DNA from: Azolla caroliniana
Taxonomy: Eukaryota > Plantae > Polypodiophyta
NCBI GenBank assembly: GCA_043228905.1
Contig: JBHGNT010000006.1
Span: 10,974,001 to 11,038,000 of the forward strand
Length of the DNA stretch: 64,000 bases
Direction of reading: 5' to 3'
Shown here: positions 37,701-51,238 of the stretch, piece by piece
How the letters are laid out: each line of letters starts with the position of its first letter
How positions within the stretch are numbered: position 1 is the stretch's first letter
Notes under the pieces: model-generated
Seen by the model: the letters and a program-made list of their open reading frames with translations, nothing else
What the model was told of the DNA's origin: nothing
Database searches by the model: none
Made by a program: the position numbers and the translations under genes

Positions 37701-40700
37701 CTTCTCTTAAATTGTGATTCATATCTTTATTACTTGCTCACAAACGTGATATGCAGAACAATAAGTACGAAGAATATACATCATATTATCCAATCTAGTC
37801 TATATGTGACATTCGTCTTTTCGGCCATCTCACTAAAATATGATTTCTTTTTCCTGGCATTTGCTACGCCATGTCCATAACTTATCTATGTAATTCCATA
37901 TGCTTTTTTTAGATGTGAGTGAGTTCCATTATAAATATGATGTCTATTTCTTGGCATTTGCTATGTCATGTCCATAATTTACCTATGTAATTCCATATGC
38001 TTTTTTTAGATGCGACAGTGAGTTCCATATTACTTGCCCTAAACTTGCATACAAAGCAAAAGTAAAAGGAAATACATCATATTGTCCATGTCTAGTCTAT
38101 ACAACAACATTCATTATGACCATATCACACGTTTTATTGCACTATAATCTAATTCTAACTTACATGTGATGAATACAAGGAAAATATGACCGTAGTTAAC
38201 CTATATTTGGACTTCAGTTTGTTCATCTCCCTTATTTTTGCTACATTGTAATTCAATATTAACCAACATCTTTAACTTGAGGAGGTAGTTCAAAGAAGTT
38301 TTGTGTGGAGACAGGAGTTAATAACATAAATTAGAGTGTTTGATTTGACTATAATTCTTCCACAGTGAATCAAACAGAGGAAAAGCAGGTCATGTTCCTT
38401 ACAGAGACTCAAAGCTAACACGAATTTTACAATATTCACTTGGTGGCAATGCTCGAACTGCAATTATTTGCACTATAAGCCCATCACAGAGACATGTTGA
38501 ACAAACTCGAAATACACTATTTTTCGCATCTTGTGCAAAAGAGATTACTAATCGAGCCCAAATAAACATGGTGAGAAAGAAGATGTGGTCCAAACAAAGT
38601 ATACCTCTATAATGCATGATACCTACTTGAATTTTCTCATAGAATGTTGATAACACCCAGGTCATTTCAGAGAAAGATCTGATAAGGCAGTTGAAAAAGG
38701 AGGTAGCTTTACTAGAAGCAAAGCTTCAATTTTCTAAATTTCCAGTGAGATCTTTTCCAGAGGAAAAGATCTTGGAAAAGGAGATACAAATCCAGAAGGT
38801 ACCATGTCTGTGGCATGCGCTATTCATATTAGCAACAACATGCTATTGCATTCTGATTTCCCCAATATGGATTGTAATTATTGCGTTTGATGTAAAATGC
38901 AGATGCAAGATGAAATAAGGAAAATGATACAGCAACGTGATTTTCTCCAGTCACAGTTAAATAGTGTTTTGAAACAGATGGAATCAATGGAACAAGGAAG
39001 ACAACTTGTAAGTCACATAAATAACTGTAGAGCATGCCTCAGGATGTTTATATGTCATGCTGCTTATATTAGCGTTTTGTTAAGAAGGGAATGCCATTTG
39101 TTTTCTACAATTTCTCATGTGACATAAGAAGACGCTGCTTTTACATTGTATAATGTCATGTTTAATGAATTCAATGCACCTGAACATGATTGCGCATGCC
39201 TATTGCACTCTATGAGTGTTTGAAAATCTATTTTTGATGGAATTTTGCAGGCACTGAAGTTAGTTCTTATATTATTTCTATGGATTTTTGGACATGACAG
39301 GTTTTGTCCAAGATTGATAACATAGAGACCTCATTATCAAGTTCATATGAGGATTACTGCAATATTCCTTCAAATGGCGATGAATCCTTCGAGCAAGATA
39401 TGTTTGTTCCTGAGAAGCATGACTATTTTATGAATGTACAGGATGGGAATCTACAACAATATATGGAGGCGACCACATCAGCTTCTGATATACTGCTCAG
39501 AGAGATTTGTAAACTAGAGGATTTGCAAACAGAACTTGCACATGATGCAAATAAGGCATTGGAAATCGTTGAAAAAGAAGTGGAATGCTTGTGTACGACA
39601 CAGTTGAATATGAATCAGGAAGCTGCAGAGAATGTTGCCCTGCTCCAGGCAGAGATACATGGACTTTATGAGTCTCGGTTAGCTGACTCTATGACTAAAA
39701 CCTGTCCTGCTGCGAAGGGTCTCATGTTTGAAGAAATCAGAACAAACACATCACTGAAGAATGATGAGTTTCAGAAGGTAGAGTTCAATGATGATGATAT
39801 AAGATTGACGGAAGAAATTACAAAGATACAAACAAATTATATAGACGTGATATTGGAGGACCAAATTCATAGGCTAGAGGTAAATGACAATAACACCTTG
39901 CTGAAGGATAAAATACCATTAGAAACAAATGATAATGAAAAACGGGACTCTGATGAGGCTGATATAGTTCTTGTCAATGCTCACCATGTTGTGGAGAAAC
40001 TGCGTCTTGTAACAGGAACATACGAACCTCAAAATGAGTCAGTAGGATTTAGTAGTGGGAGAAATTCTGTTGATGAAAAGCGTCAAACTATCCACGTATG
40101 CATAAAAGATAATATTGTTATGGAAAAGGATGCGCCACCAGAGGCAGGTGAGTTTATAATCATCAAGTTATGTAGTTATAATTATTGGCAGCTGATGGAT
40201 AGAATATAGAAAGAAAAAGAACAAAAAAAAGATATATTGGCATCTCGAAAAAAGAAAATGGTCTATATGACCCAACAAAAATTACATTTCCTTATGTTAA
40301 TTAGCCAATCTGAATAAGGGTGTTTTTAATCTGGGTTCCTCAGAATAAAAAGCTTGCGGAATATATGTAATAAGAGCTATATGATAATGTGGCTATGCAG
40401 AAGAAAGTGTCACAAATGTTCATGCTTATGTAACGGATCTGAAGGAGAGGGTTGCTCAGCTTCAGCATCAGAAGGATTTACTTGCTACTCGGGTAACATA
40501 ATCTATTTAAGACCAATTTGCCAGTCAAGTATTGCTTGTCTGGTTGTGAAGTTGAGCATGAAAACAAATTATAACCAGACATTATTTGCAATTCACGATG
40601 TGATCCATTGCCTCTTGTTGGCAAATGTAGTACAACAAATTAACCGTTACAAACCACTAAGAGAGAAGGAGAAAAGTAGAAGTTGATTTTAGAAAGAAAT

Positions 40701-42388
40701 TGTAACATAGAATTACATCCAAAGCATGATGTGAAGCATTGCCCCTTGTTTGCAAATGTGGTACAACATATTAACCTTCACAAACCAATGAGAAGATGAG
40801 AGAGATTTGGCAGTAGGGTATAAATAACAAGAAGTACCATAATTATCATACTCTAAAATGCATTCTTTTTCTTTTATTATTATTATTATTATTCATATTT
40901 ACGAAGTTTTATCCATGAGGCAATGTAAAAAACTCTTTTACTAGGATTGTTTTGAAGTAAAATAAACTTTGAAAAAACTCTTTTACAATAAAAATGAGAG
41001 AAGAAAAGAGGGATCAATGTATGCAGGATAGCTCCCAACAATTGTTTTTTATAAATTTAGGATTTACACAACTTTTTAAAGAAGGATTCTCAAAATGATA
41101 GTTTGCTTCTCTAACCAACCAATCCAACTAATGGATATTTAACTCTTTTTGCTGATATTGGTGAAGATTTCGGAGCTCGAAAAAGGTGCAAGTAATGGGC
41201 TCCACTCTGTTGACGTGGAACTTGTTTTATCACCTCAAAGTTGGAAATCTGACTTCCACACCAAGCTGAAGCAGATATTTGAACTCTGGGATGTGTGTAA
41301 TATTTCAATTATGTACAGATCACATTTTTATCTTTTGTTCCGTGGGGATCCTTCCGATGCTATATATGTGGAAGTGGAGTTAAAAAGGTTAATATGGTTG
41401 AGGAGTCATACAGCAAAAAGAGAACCTAAAGGAAGCACATTTTGTACTCGGGAAGAACATGTTGCTTGTCCTGGGTTGAGGTAGGGACACCATGTTTACT
41501 TTACTAAGGGTTCGAGTTTCTGTTTCATGCGAAAAGCATTCTATTAAACATTATAGGAATTTAGCGGAAAATTGACACATATCCGGTGAAAGAGGTACTA
41601 AATACATTTACATTGTGGCATCAAGGTGGTAAAATGTTGTGGAACACAACCATGCCAAATTTATTAATGCATGAAAAGGGATGTGCATCAATGTATTTTG
41701 CAAAAACTCCAAAATACCCCAAAGTTCATCACTAGTTGTTTTCTCACCAATGTCCATATACTCGCAGTTCCGAATTTTTCTCATGCATTAATTTATTGAG
41801 GGAAAAACACCAAAATACCCCCTAACTTGTGGACATAAACTAAAAAACCCATAATGTTTTAAATATGAGATCAGAATACCATCCCTTGGAAGTAATCTTC
41901 CTACTACATTGGTGTATTCTGGTGATTTTTGAAAAATTAGGGCATATTTTTAAAAAGTTACCAACAGTTCGGTTTTTTTCCGAAAAGAATTAAGCCTAAA
42001 AGTCACTTCAATAGAGAACAACTAACATAAAGAGGTTTTTTGTTTTCGTGAATAATACAGTTTGAGAACTTTAAAGCATGAAAGGGAGACACTGGTGAAG
42101 CTGTTGAAATCAGCCTTAACTTCTCCTGAAAGAGATGAAGTCTATAGGCAATGGGGTGTACCAATAAACGCAAAGAAACGTAAGTTAAAACTTATCTCCT
42201 TGATTTGGACAAATCCCTATGATGAGGATCATGTCAAGATGAGTGCAGAGTTAGTTGGAAGGCTTCTAAAAGTGTGTGGTAGGAGTGAGCCAGTATCCAA
42301 GGATATGTTTTTGGTCAGCTTTTCTCCAGTTACCTCTGACAAGTCTCGGTTCAGTAATAGCTCTATTTCAAATTTCTTCAGCTTCTGA
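34464..42388 (+). CDS. NACK1: Kinesin-7, NACK1/HINKEL-type (NPK1-activating kinesin; NACK1 vs NACK2 orthology not resolvable), 15 coding exons, about 957 aa
   Basis: GT-AG exons with consistent phase: 34464-34662, 35944-36033, 36122-36222, 36336-36449, 36637-36718, 36801-36868, 37207-37272, 37555-37679, 38366-38570, 38661-38798, 38903-39007, 39301-40147, 40401-40492, 41167-41480, 42061-42388 (2874 nt). Motifs VTVRLRPL, P-loop GQTSSGKT, switch I SSRSH, switch [22 protein letters not shown], and the NACK C-terminal domain [37 protein letters not shown]. Confidence 0.92.
37838..38030. repeat. Intronic tandem duplication, two copies of about 97 bp (kinesin intron 8)
   Basis: AAATATGAT...TGGCATTTGCTA...CATATGCTTTTTTTAGATG..AGTGAGTTCCAT occurs twice. 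Confidence 0.85.
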
Positions 42389-42707
42389 CTTCTCTCACTC
42401 CATGGGTTTGTTTTGTTGAGGTGGCAGCATGGCATCATCACCCAAATATGAAAATATGCAAGGTATGCAATGAACACCTAATTTAGGATACTCAGTGTGT
42501 AAGGTAATTCGCGAGAAATATGATGACTTGTTAGACGGGCATGATAAGTGAATGTTATTTTCAAATGTTTGCTAAGAAGGGTGATGAGCACATATGTTGC
42601 ATTACTAACGCCCCTTCTTATGAAGGAGTCATACAAGATGATACGTTGATTTGGTCCCATAGTTCAAAATTGGCCTTATTATGGATACTAAAATTTCTAG
42701 TCTATTT

Positions 42708-42743
<36 letters not shown>

Positions 42744-43979
42744 CTTTGTGCGTTTATGTAGTATTAGTCTTCATTGAATGCTTTTGGGGTGAAGGAATGA
42801 AGGATTCTTTAATATTGTGTGATAGATAGTTGAGAAAAAGACACCAAAATATACCTCACTTGTTTGAATATTTTGACAAGAATAGCCCCTTGAGTTTCCA
42901 AAAAGTGACCATAATAGCCCTTTATTCTGGTCATTACCCAAAAACAAGTTGCTGCTATTTTACCCAGATCACTTGCTGAAGGTGCTTAAATCTAGCCTTA
43001 GTTTGGCATTAAGTAATGCAATGGTTATGTGCAATGGCCATAAGCTACAACTATGCATGTGGATACTCTGGACATTGATGTGACACATGCATCTCTATCC
43101 TATAGATTTTCGTACTTGTGCTGTCATTAAATCCCTAGGATATGCATCAAGCCTCTGCATATTATTATCATAGGCTATGACAGTGCTGCTTGGGAGAAAG
43201 TTTCTTTTCAAGTTTCCTTTCCATGTAATGAGATAAAAGGAATGTAAGTAAAAGCACTACAAGTTTACTGAGATTTTAGTATATAGTTAAAATGTGTTTT
43301 TGTTGGTTCACTTAATAGATATTTCGGACTTTGAAGTTAAGAAATTTGACCGACATTTTTGGGAAATGTAAACATGTTTTTATAACCCCAACACTACTGT
43401 CTTTCTACAAAATGTTGGAAAAGTCTTTTTTGGCTAATGATGTATGCTCAGCTGTTGCACTACTTTGGGATGTATGCAATATCTTTTTTTTGCTACTTGT
43501 AGTTATGTAAATGGAAAGCTAATTTTCCTAACTTTTTTGGTTTCATTTTCTGATGTGTTGTTAACAGGGTAAAACAAAACTGGTTCGTGGAGCTTATCTT
43601 AAACCATCGTTGGATGTAGAAAAAAGCCAGCTACACAAGTATTAAATGAGCTTAGTTGTGTAAAACTCGTATATTGCAATGAGCTTAGTTGTGTAAAATC
43701 CGTATATTGTAATATTATTGGGCAAATGATGTAAATAGGCTTATATTATTCATATATAGTATATATTGCTCCTTTTTTTAATGCTCGGGCAACTTGTTTG
43801 ACTAGAAGTCTAAACTAAACCTTCCTAGAATCCCAACGAGTACACTAAAAACTTAGATATTATTTCTCGTGTGCAAACGATTTGTACCATAGTGTATGAT
43901 ATTTCAAGGCTAAAGGCGTAAAACAAATTAGATTTTGGGTTGTATACTAGTGATAAAACTTTGTTCTTAACTTCTTTTT

Positions 43980-45253
43980 AACGGCTGTATGGTCTGCATT
44001 CGTCTGTTGGTATCCCATACCCACCATAACCCTTCTTAACTTGTTGAATCAGGCTCGAGGAGATTGCATTAGTCCATAAAGTGACTTTGTTAGTTTGCAA
44101 ACCTTACCTACTATTTGAATTGTACCAAAACCTGGGGGGATATCCATGTACACTTCCTCCATCAACTCTCCATGAAGGAATGTATTTTTTACATCTAATT
44201 GATGTAATTTCCAATCTATATTCACTGCTAAGGAAATAAGTGTTCTCACAATGTTCATCTTCGATACAAGTGCAAAAGGCTCATTGTAATCAACACCATA
44301 TGTTTGACTATATCCATTAGCCACCAATCGTGCCTTGTATTGATCTATTTTTCCCTCTAGGGTTAATTTTATTGTAAACACCCATTTGCACCCAACCGTC
44401 GTCTTTCCTGGTGGTAGTGACACAATCTCCCAAGTTTTGTTCTTCTCAAGAGCTCTAAGTTCTTCTTGCATGACTGTTTTCCACTTTAGATCTTCTTTAG
44501 CAACCTGCCGACACTTGGGTAAAGTGACAGTCTAATGATGCAATGAATGCTCTATGTGTAGTTGGTATGTTAAAATAAGAAATAAACTGAGCAATATCAT
44601 GAGGAAAACCATAACGATCAGGAGGGACTCTTGCATTACTGCGAGAGGTCCTCCTAACCTCTATAGGAGAAGGAGAGGAAATCATATCTCCTGTGATTTC
44701 TGGGTTTGGGAGTTCTATAGGTATTTCAGAAGTCGAGGCAGGTCGGGACATGGAACTTGATGGCATAAGTGGCACTGAAGACGTGCTCATATTTCCTTCC
44801 TTCTGCCTCCTCTTCCATGTATACAACCTTTAGCTCCCCCTCAGCTTGAGTCCCAACACATATAGGTTCGTCGTCTTGTTTTCCTTCTTCTTCCTTATCT
44901 CCTACGCTCACTTGTTTCTCAGCTGATGTAGGGATCAACAAAGGAATTGATCCTATTTTTAGCAACCTCTCACCATTATCTCCTTCCCTTATATTTTCGG
45001 TCTCAATTAAGTCATCAAAGGGTGAAGTTACCTCTTGTTTATAATATGGCTTTGATTCTCTGAAATGCACATCCATGCTCACAAATAATCTCGGTTGAAT
45101 GAGCAAGCTCAAATTGGGCCGGATTAGCTGAAGAAGCCGAGAATTGGACCGGATTGGACTGATCGATTAGGCCCAGATCGACTGAAGAAGTTGGGAGCTG
45201 GATCAGATGGAGATCGATCAGCTTGGTCGGATAGGTGGGAGCCGGAAGGCCAT
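43980..45253 (-). mobile_element. Ty1/copia internal fragment (Ale-like), RT plus integrase C-terminus
   Basis: MQEELRALEKNKTW...YKARLVANGY...QLDVKNTFLHG...KSLYGLMQSPRA (44049-44471); RLFVSMDVHFRE (about 45090). No LTR seen. Confidence 0.85.
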
Positions 45254-46953
45254 TGGAAAGATATTCCCTGACCAAATATATTTGGGAGTTAGTGTAGGGG
45301 CTCATTTATGAGCATTCAAGTACTGAAGATACTCTTGTCAGTCCTTTTAGGGACTTGTATAAAGTGCTCTCTAAGCACATTCGATGTACATAATAGAGCG
45401 CCATTCTTTGAATAGAGTTGTTGTCTGTTTGTTTGTCTCTCTCACCTACTCTGCGTATTCCATTCTCTGTGTTTTCTGTTTTGATCCGGCTGAGCCGGTT
45501 GTGATCAATGTTTAGCTTCCACATTGTAATTCTTTCATGGTATCAGCGTGCGAGGGTTGAACATCCTCTGTTGCCGACTAGAACTTCCAACATAGACAAA
45601 CCTTAGTGTTCGGGCAAGAACAGACGAAAATGGGAAATGGACAGAGGCACGCTTCCAATGGAGAAGCTCGATAGGAACAACTACGCATCTTGGTCATACA
45701 AGATGCACCAATATTTGTTAGGACATGGATATTGGAGTTATGTCGAAGTAGTAAATGATGCAACACCGGATTCGACACACAGGGATTTTCCGGCTTGGGA
45801 ACAATCGGCAAGCGGAGTTCTTTATTGCTTTGCATCCAGTGTCAATGATAAGCTATTGAGCTACATCGGGGACGCCAAGACGCCAAAGGAGGCCTAGGGA
45901 AATCTAAAGAAGATTTTGACCGTGAACACCACAACCAAAAAGCTTCTGCTGAGCAACATCCGCAAAGAGACATGTCCGTGGTTGATTACACCTCTCGGAT
46001 CAAAGACATCTGCGATTACCTCACTTCCATCAATGTGACCGTCGAGGAGGACGAGATGGTGCAGGTCTGTCTCAGAGGATTGGCGTAGAAGTTCGGATAA
46101 TTTTGGACGGTGGTCTGCACGAGAGAGAATATGCTGTCATTCTTCAAGTTGCAATCGATGATTCTCGTTGACGAGAACTATGCGGGTGCGTCGACGAGTA
46201 TGCACGCCGACACCAAGATGATGTACATGGAGGAAGATAGGCCCCATGATCGTGGTGGATGAGGCGGGTCGACATGCAATGGAGGTGGCCGACAGGAGCA
46301 AAACAGAAGGCATAATTGAAATGCCGATAACAATTTCGGATCCTCAAGAAACAAGGGGATTCAAGGTGGCACCGGAAACTGGCAAGCAAAAGCCGAAACA
46401 AAATGCTGGTATTACGGCCGGAAGGGCCACAAAGAGAGCGAGTGCTGGAAGAAGTGAGTTGGGGTGATGACGACATGCGTCAAAGATCACACTACACCGA
46501 AGGCTCACGAGGAGCTGGAAATGAATCGAGCCCAACCTTTGTGATGAAGCACAAGGCTAATTCAATGCAGACAAGCACCTCGAAACCGAACGAGGTATGG
46601 TATGTTGATTCTGGAGCGTCAAACCATATGATGAGCCATGAGGAATGGTTCTCGTATTTGGAGAAACCGGAACAATTGGGGGTCAACGAAACTGGTGAAG
46701 ACACCCCACATACCATCGAACATGTCGGTGAAGTTCCCTTAAACTAAGTTGGACAAAAAGGGAAGTTGATGAACGTCTTGTACGTCCCGACAATCACGAA
46801 GAACCCGGTGACGGTCGGACAGATTGTCGACTAGGGGATGCGGGTTCGGTTCACACACCTCGGATGCTTCATCGAAGAAGAGGGCAAAGTCATCGCACAA
46901 GAGCGTTGAGAAGGGAGGATGTTGACCCTCGAAACGAACGAAGTTGGAACCGT
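45254..46953 (+). mobile_element. Ty1/copia Copia-5 5' portion, related to Copia-1
   Basis: LTR 45254-45537 (TG...CA) similar to the reverse complement of 4071-4355; PBS TGGTATCAG at 45538; gag MDRGTLPMEKLDRNNYASWSYKMHQYLLGHGYW; protease WYVDSGASNHM; cut at 46953. Confidence 0.92.
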
Positions 46954-49900
46954 TGTTGTAGTGTATTTCGTACACTACATGAAAAACGTATAAAATACCT
47001 GATGTAATAAATATGAAGGAAACGAAGAAAATATGAGAATACATGTTACATGCATAGGGCAAGATTCAAACCTTGTACCTCCATGTTAATAATGTGAAGC
47101 CTTACCATTACACTAACATATCATTAGTGTCAAAAAGTAGATGTCCCACATAGAAAGCTAAGTTCACACTAGGATAAACTTTAGGAAAATGCATGATAAA
47201 AGAAAAAGCTACACATGCACATCTAGCATGCATGAACACTATAGTTGATAAAAAACCCATGACTTTAGAAAAAGCATGTTAGAGAAAGCATATAGTCTAT
47301 TGATAGAAAAAGCATGGAGGGCATAATTAGAGAAAAAGCATGGATTGCCAAGACTCTCTCATCACTACATAAGGAAGGGGAGCACAATGTAATAAGTGTG
47401 TGGAATATTTGGAAATTGGATATATTTCTAAAAGACACCAATTAATAAAATATATTCGTGGGATTCACGAAATAAACTATACTCGTGGGATTCACGAGAT
47501 TTCTATATCTATCTCTTTCAATCTAAACTCATATTCTTATCTATATATTGATTAATAAAATTCATTATACTTGTGGGATTCACAAGTTTTTTATATCTCT
47601 TTCTTATAATCGATTCATATTCTTAACTAAACTTGTCTCAAATTCTTCTTCCTCCTAGTAAAAAACATCGGCGGTTCCCACATGACTCATGCAACGATCT
47701 GGTGCCGAAAGGCACGGCACATGTGGTGAACCCGACGTGAAGACGGGTGGCAAGGAGATGGAGAATCAACAAGAGGCGATGTCCATGATGACGATGATGC
47801 TTAACCGCATACTACAAGAACAATGCTTGATGTCGGAGATCAAATCGGAAGTAGAGCGGCTTGTGCAAAGAAACGGGCAATTCAACGAAATGTGTCATGT
47901 TATCTATGTGGCTACAAGGCGGCCATGATGCGACATGGGATACCAGAAGGATTGCAAGTGATATCATCCTTCAGTTGGGTGGCCACGGATGAGCTACAAG
48001 AGAGAATCCACAAGATACGGCAACAAAACCTAACATGGGGGTCCTTTGAAGAAGCTTTACGAGAGACATATGACTATGAGAGATCGAAGGGACGAGATCG
48101 ACATGAGTTTGACGAATGGGTGGTATCGGAGAAGACCCACCGAAGTGCAACACAAGCATTCCTAGAGTTTGAGTATCATTTTGCTCAACTCTCGGAGCGG
48201 GAACAAAGATTGGTGGGGGAGGATAAAGTCCTAATGTTCATAAGATTGATTGATCAGAAAGAAAGGATGGAGATCGGGATCGAACTTGAAGATGATGACG
48301 GTGCAAATGGCCTTACCGAGGATTGGGCTGAAGTCAAAAGAGTATGCCAAAGATATGATAAGAGGAAGAAGAGAATCTTGTCAACAACAACATGGCCCAT
48401 GAGGGATGGTCGATTGAGGACAAATGATGTAGCCAGCATGAAGGCCGAAATACAATATGATGGTACCACGGGAGAGAGTGTGGAACAAGTCACCGTCTCG
48501 TCTTGCGAAAGAACAATAGCCAAGGATAAGCTCGATGACTTGAGAGTGGCGAACACCACTTCAAGAACGGAAGAAAGTTTCAGAATACAAGTATTCGAAA
48601 CATCGAGTGAAAAAGGGGTAAGCATAATCGATGCTTGCATGATCGAGGGAGATAAAGAGTGCGAGGCGGACTTGATTGAGGAGGTCGCCACGAAAGATGA
48701 CATCGAGTCGGAGGTGGCTATGAATGAGTCAATGGCGGATGGCCAAGGCAAGACTCTCCCAACACTAATTCCAGATATTTTGGCAGTTGTGTTCGAAAGA
48801 CAACGTGTGTGTCCGAGAACCAATGTGAGACTGGAGAGATGGGAGGTGGCGGCAAGAAAGGTAAAGTCGGAAGCCGATTCGGATGGAAGATGATCCAGAC
48901 GAAATTTCGATCCGAAAGAAAGTTGACCCGAAAGGGGGTCGACTCGGTCAAAAACGATCGATCTAGTCCGATTCGGCTGAACGCGAATACGGATGGAAGC
49001 CGACTTAGTCGAAAGTCGATCGGACGAGACCGATCCGGAAAGAAGCTAATCCGACAAAGCCGGAGGTCGAATCCGGTGAACATGAAGAAAAGAAAGTCAA
49101 CCCAGACCGAAACCGGAAGGGGGCCGACTCGGTCGAAACCGATCAATCAAGTCCGATTTGGTTGAATACGAATCCGATCGGAAGCCGATCCAACCAAAAG
49201 TCGATCGGACGAGACCGAATCGGAAATAAGCTAATCCGACTCAACTGGAGGTCGAAGAGATCAAGGCTGACGATTACGAGGAAGAGGTCAAGCAGGTGCA
49301 CTACAAAGGGTGACGAGGACCAATCGGGCCAAGAAAATTTGAAGGGTGTTACCAAGGATGAGATCTCGACAAAGGAAGGCTATAACATGAAGATTGTCAA
49401 CTCTAACGCGAGATTATATGACAAAGGTGGACAAAGTGGGAAGCATGGCACATGCACAAGACATGAAGGGTTATGCTCTAAAGGAGCATGAGGAGCTGTG
49501 AAAACCGGCCATGGCCATGCAAACCAGTGAACGAAGACTATGGTGGATCGGATGGCGACAATGGTTCAGGTGGAAAGAATGGATATTGTTACGGGCATGA
49601 CCATATAATATCCCGTGGTAAGAATTTACCGTAGTATTCTATACACGTGGATAAGTGTGAGGGTTAAACGAGAGTGTAAAGAAGGGGAGGATTACTTTAT
49701 GACCATATAATATCCCGTGGTAAGAATTTACCGTAGTATTCTATACACGTGGATAAGTGTGAGGGTTAAACGAGAGTGTAAAGAAGGGGAGGATTACTTT
49801 TAATACTCGGGATTGAGACAACCCATTAGGTCAAGTGTGAACTTGCCTGGGGGCCTTGGGTATCGCTATAAATAAGAGGCCTAGCTACCCTCATTTGATC

Positions 49901-51238
49901 ATCTTCTTGACTACATCGAGACTCTGCTCTTGTGGTGGGTCAACTCTTGTAGCGAGCGTGCCAGCACCAGGTACGACTCACCACAAGAGCAGAGTCTCGA
50001 TGTAGTCAAGAAGATGATCAAATGAGGGTAGCTAGGCCTCTTATTTATAGCGATACCCAAGGCCCCCATGCAAGTTCACACTTGACCTAATGGGTTGTCT
50101 CAATCCCGAGGATTAAAAGTAATCCTCCCCTTCTTTACACTCTCGTTTAACCCTCACACTTATCCACGTGTATAGAATACTACGGTAAATTCTTACCACG
50201 GGATATTATATGGTCATGCCCGTAACAGATATGCTCAAAATGGAGAGACAAAGTCGACATAGCGAGCAAAACGGAGGGTACTACGAGTAAAGGAGAATTA
50301 CGAGAACCGGTGACTGGGCGGAGCTGACAAACTGAAACCTGCAACCGAACAGAACCGACAACGAGACTGGCAACGAAACCAATCAGGCGGAGACCGGACG
50401 GAGGAGACTAACAATCTCCGACAACTTCGGCACATATCGGAGGATGTGCGGGTTTGGAGGGGGCGAGTGTCATAGTGTATTTCATACACTACGTGAAAAA
50501 CGTATAAAATAACCAATTCAATAAATATGAAGAAATAGAAGAAAATGTTTTAAAATACATCATACATGCATAGGGCAAGATTCAAACCTTGTACCTCCAT
50601 GTACATGATGTGAAGCCTTACCATTACACTAACATATCATTAGTGTTAAAAAGTAGATGTCCCACATAGAAAGCTAAGTTCACGCTAGGATAAACTTTAG
50701 GAAAACGCATGATAAAAGAAAAAGCTACACATACACATCTAGCGTGCATGAACACTATAGTCGATAAAAAACGCATGACTTTAGAAAAAGCATGTTAGAG
50801 AAAGCATATAGTCTATTGATAGAAAAAGCATGGAGGGCATAATTAGAGAAAAAGCATGGATTGCCAAGACTCTCTCATCACTATATAAGGATGGGGAGCA
50901 CAATGTAATAGGGGTTGTGGAATATATTTGGAAATTGGATATATTTCTAAAAGACACCAATTAATAAAATATATTCGTGGGATTCACGAAATAAACTATA
51001 CTCGTGGGATTCACGAGATTTCTATATCTATCTCTTTCAATCAAAACTCATATTCTTATCTATATATTGATTAATAAAATTCATTACACTTGTGGGATTC
51101 ACAAGTTTTTTATATCTCTTTCTTATAATCGATTCATATTCTTAACTAAACTCGTCTCAAATTCTTCTTCCTCCTAGTAAAAAACCCCGACGGTTCCCAC
51201 CCATCTCACGTAGCGATTTGGCGCCAAAAGGCACGACA
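46954..51238 (+). mobile_element. Gypsy family B two-LTR element, gag-only and non-autonomous, tRNA-Trp PBS
   Basis: LTRs 46954-47719 and 50468-51238 (TG...CA); PBS TGGTGAACCCGACGTGAA 47724-47741; PPT GGAGGGGGCGAG before 50468; gag-like frames 47760-48893 homologous to 57240-58600; no pol; no TSD. Confidence 0.88.
49587..50227. mobile_element. Fold-back (palindromic) insertion made from the family C LTR 5' half
   Basis: Both ends read TGTTACGGGCATGACC inward; TSD GATAT at 49582-49586 and 50228-50232; arms about 250 bp; 33-nt loop 49942-49974; 102-bp tandem duplication in the left arm. Confidence 0.93.

Noticed and set aside
47200-47600. CRISPR-like spaced repeats (AGAAAAAGCATG, GTGGGATTCAC)
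   Set aside because: Too short and irregularly spaced, inside a eukaryotic LTR, with no cas genes.
48254-49491. Antisense and overlapping ORFs in the family B internal region
   Set aside because: Shadow frames of the gag extension and CpG-rich tandem repeat, with no recognisable domain.
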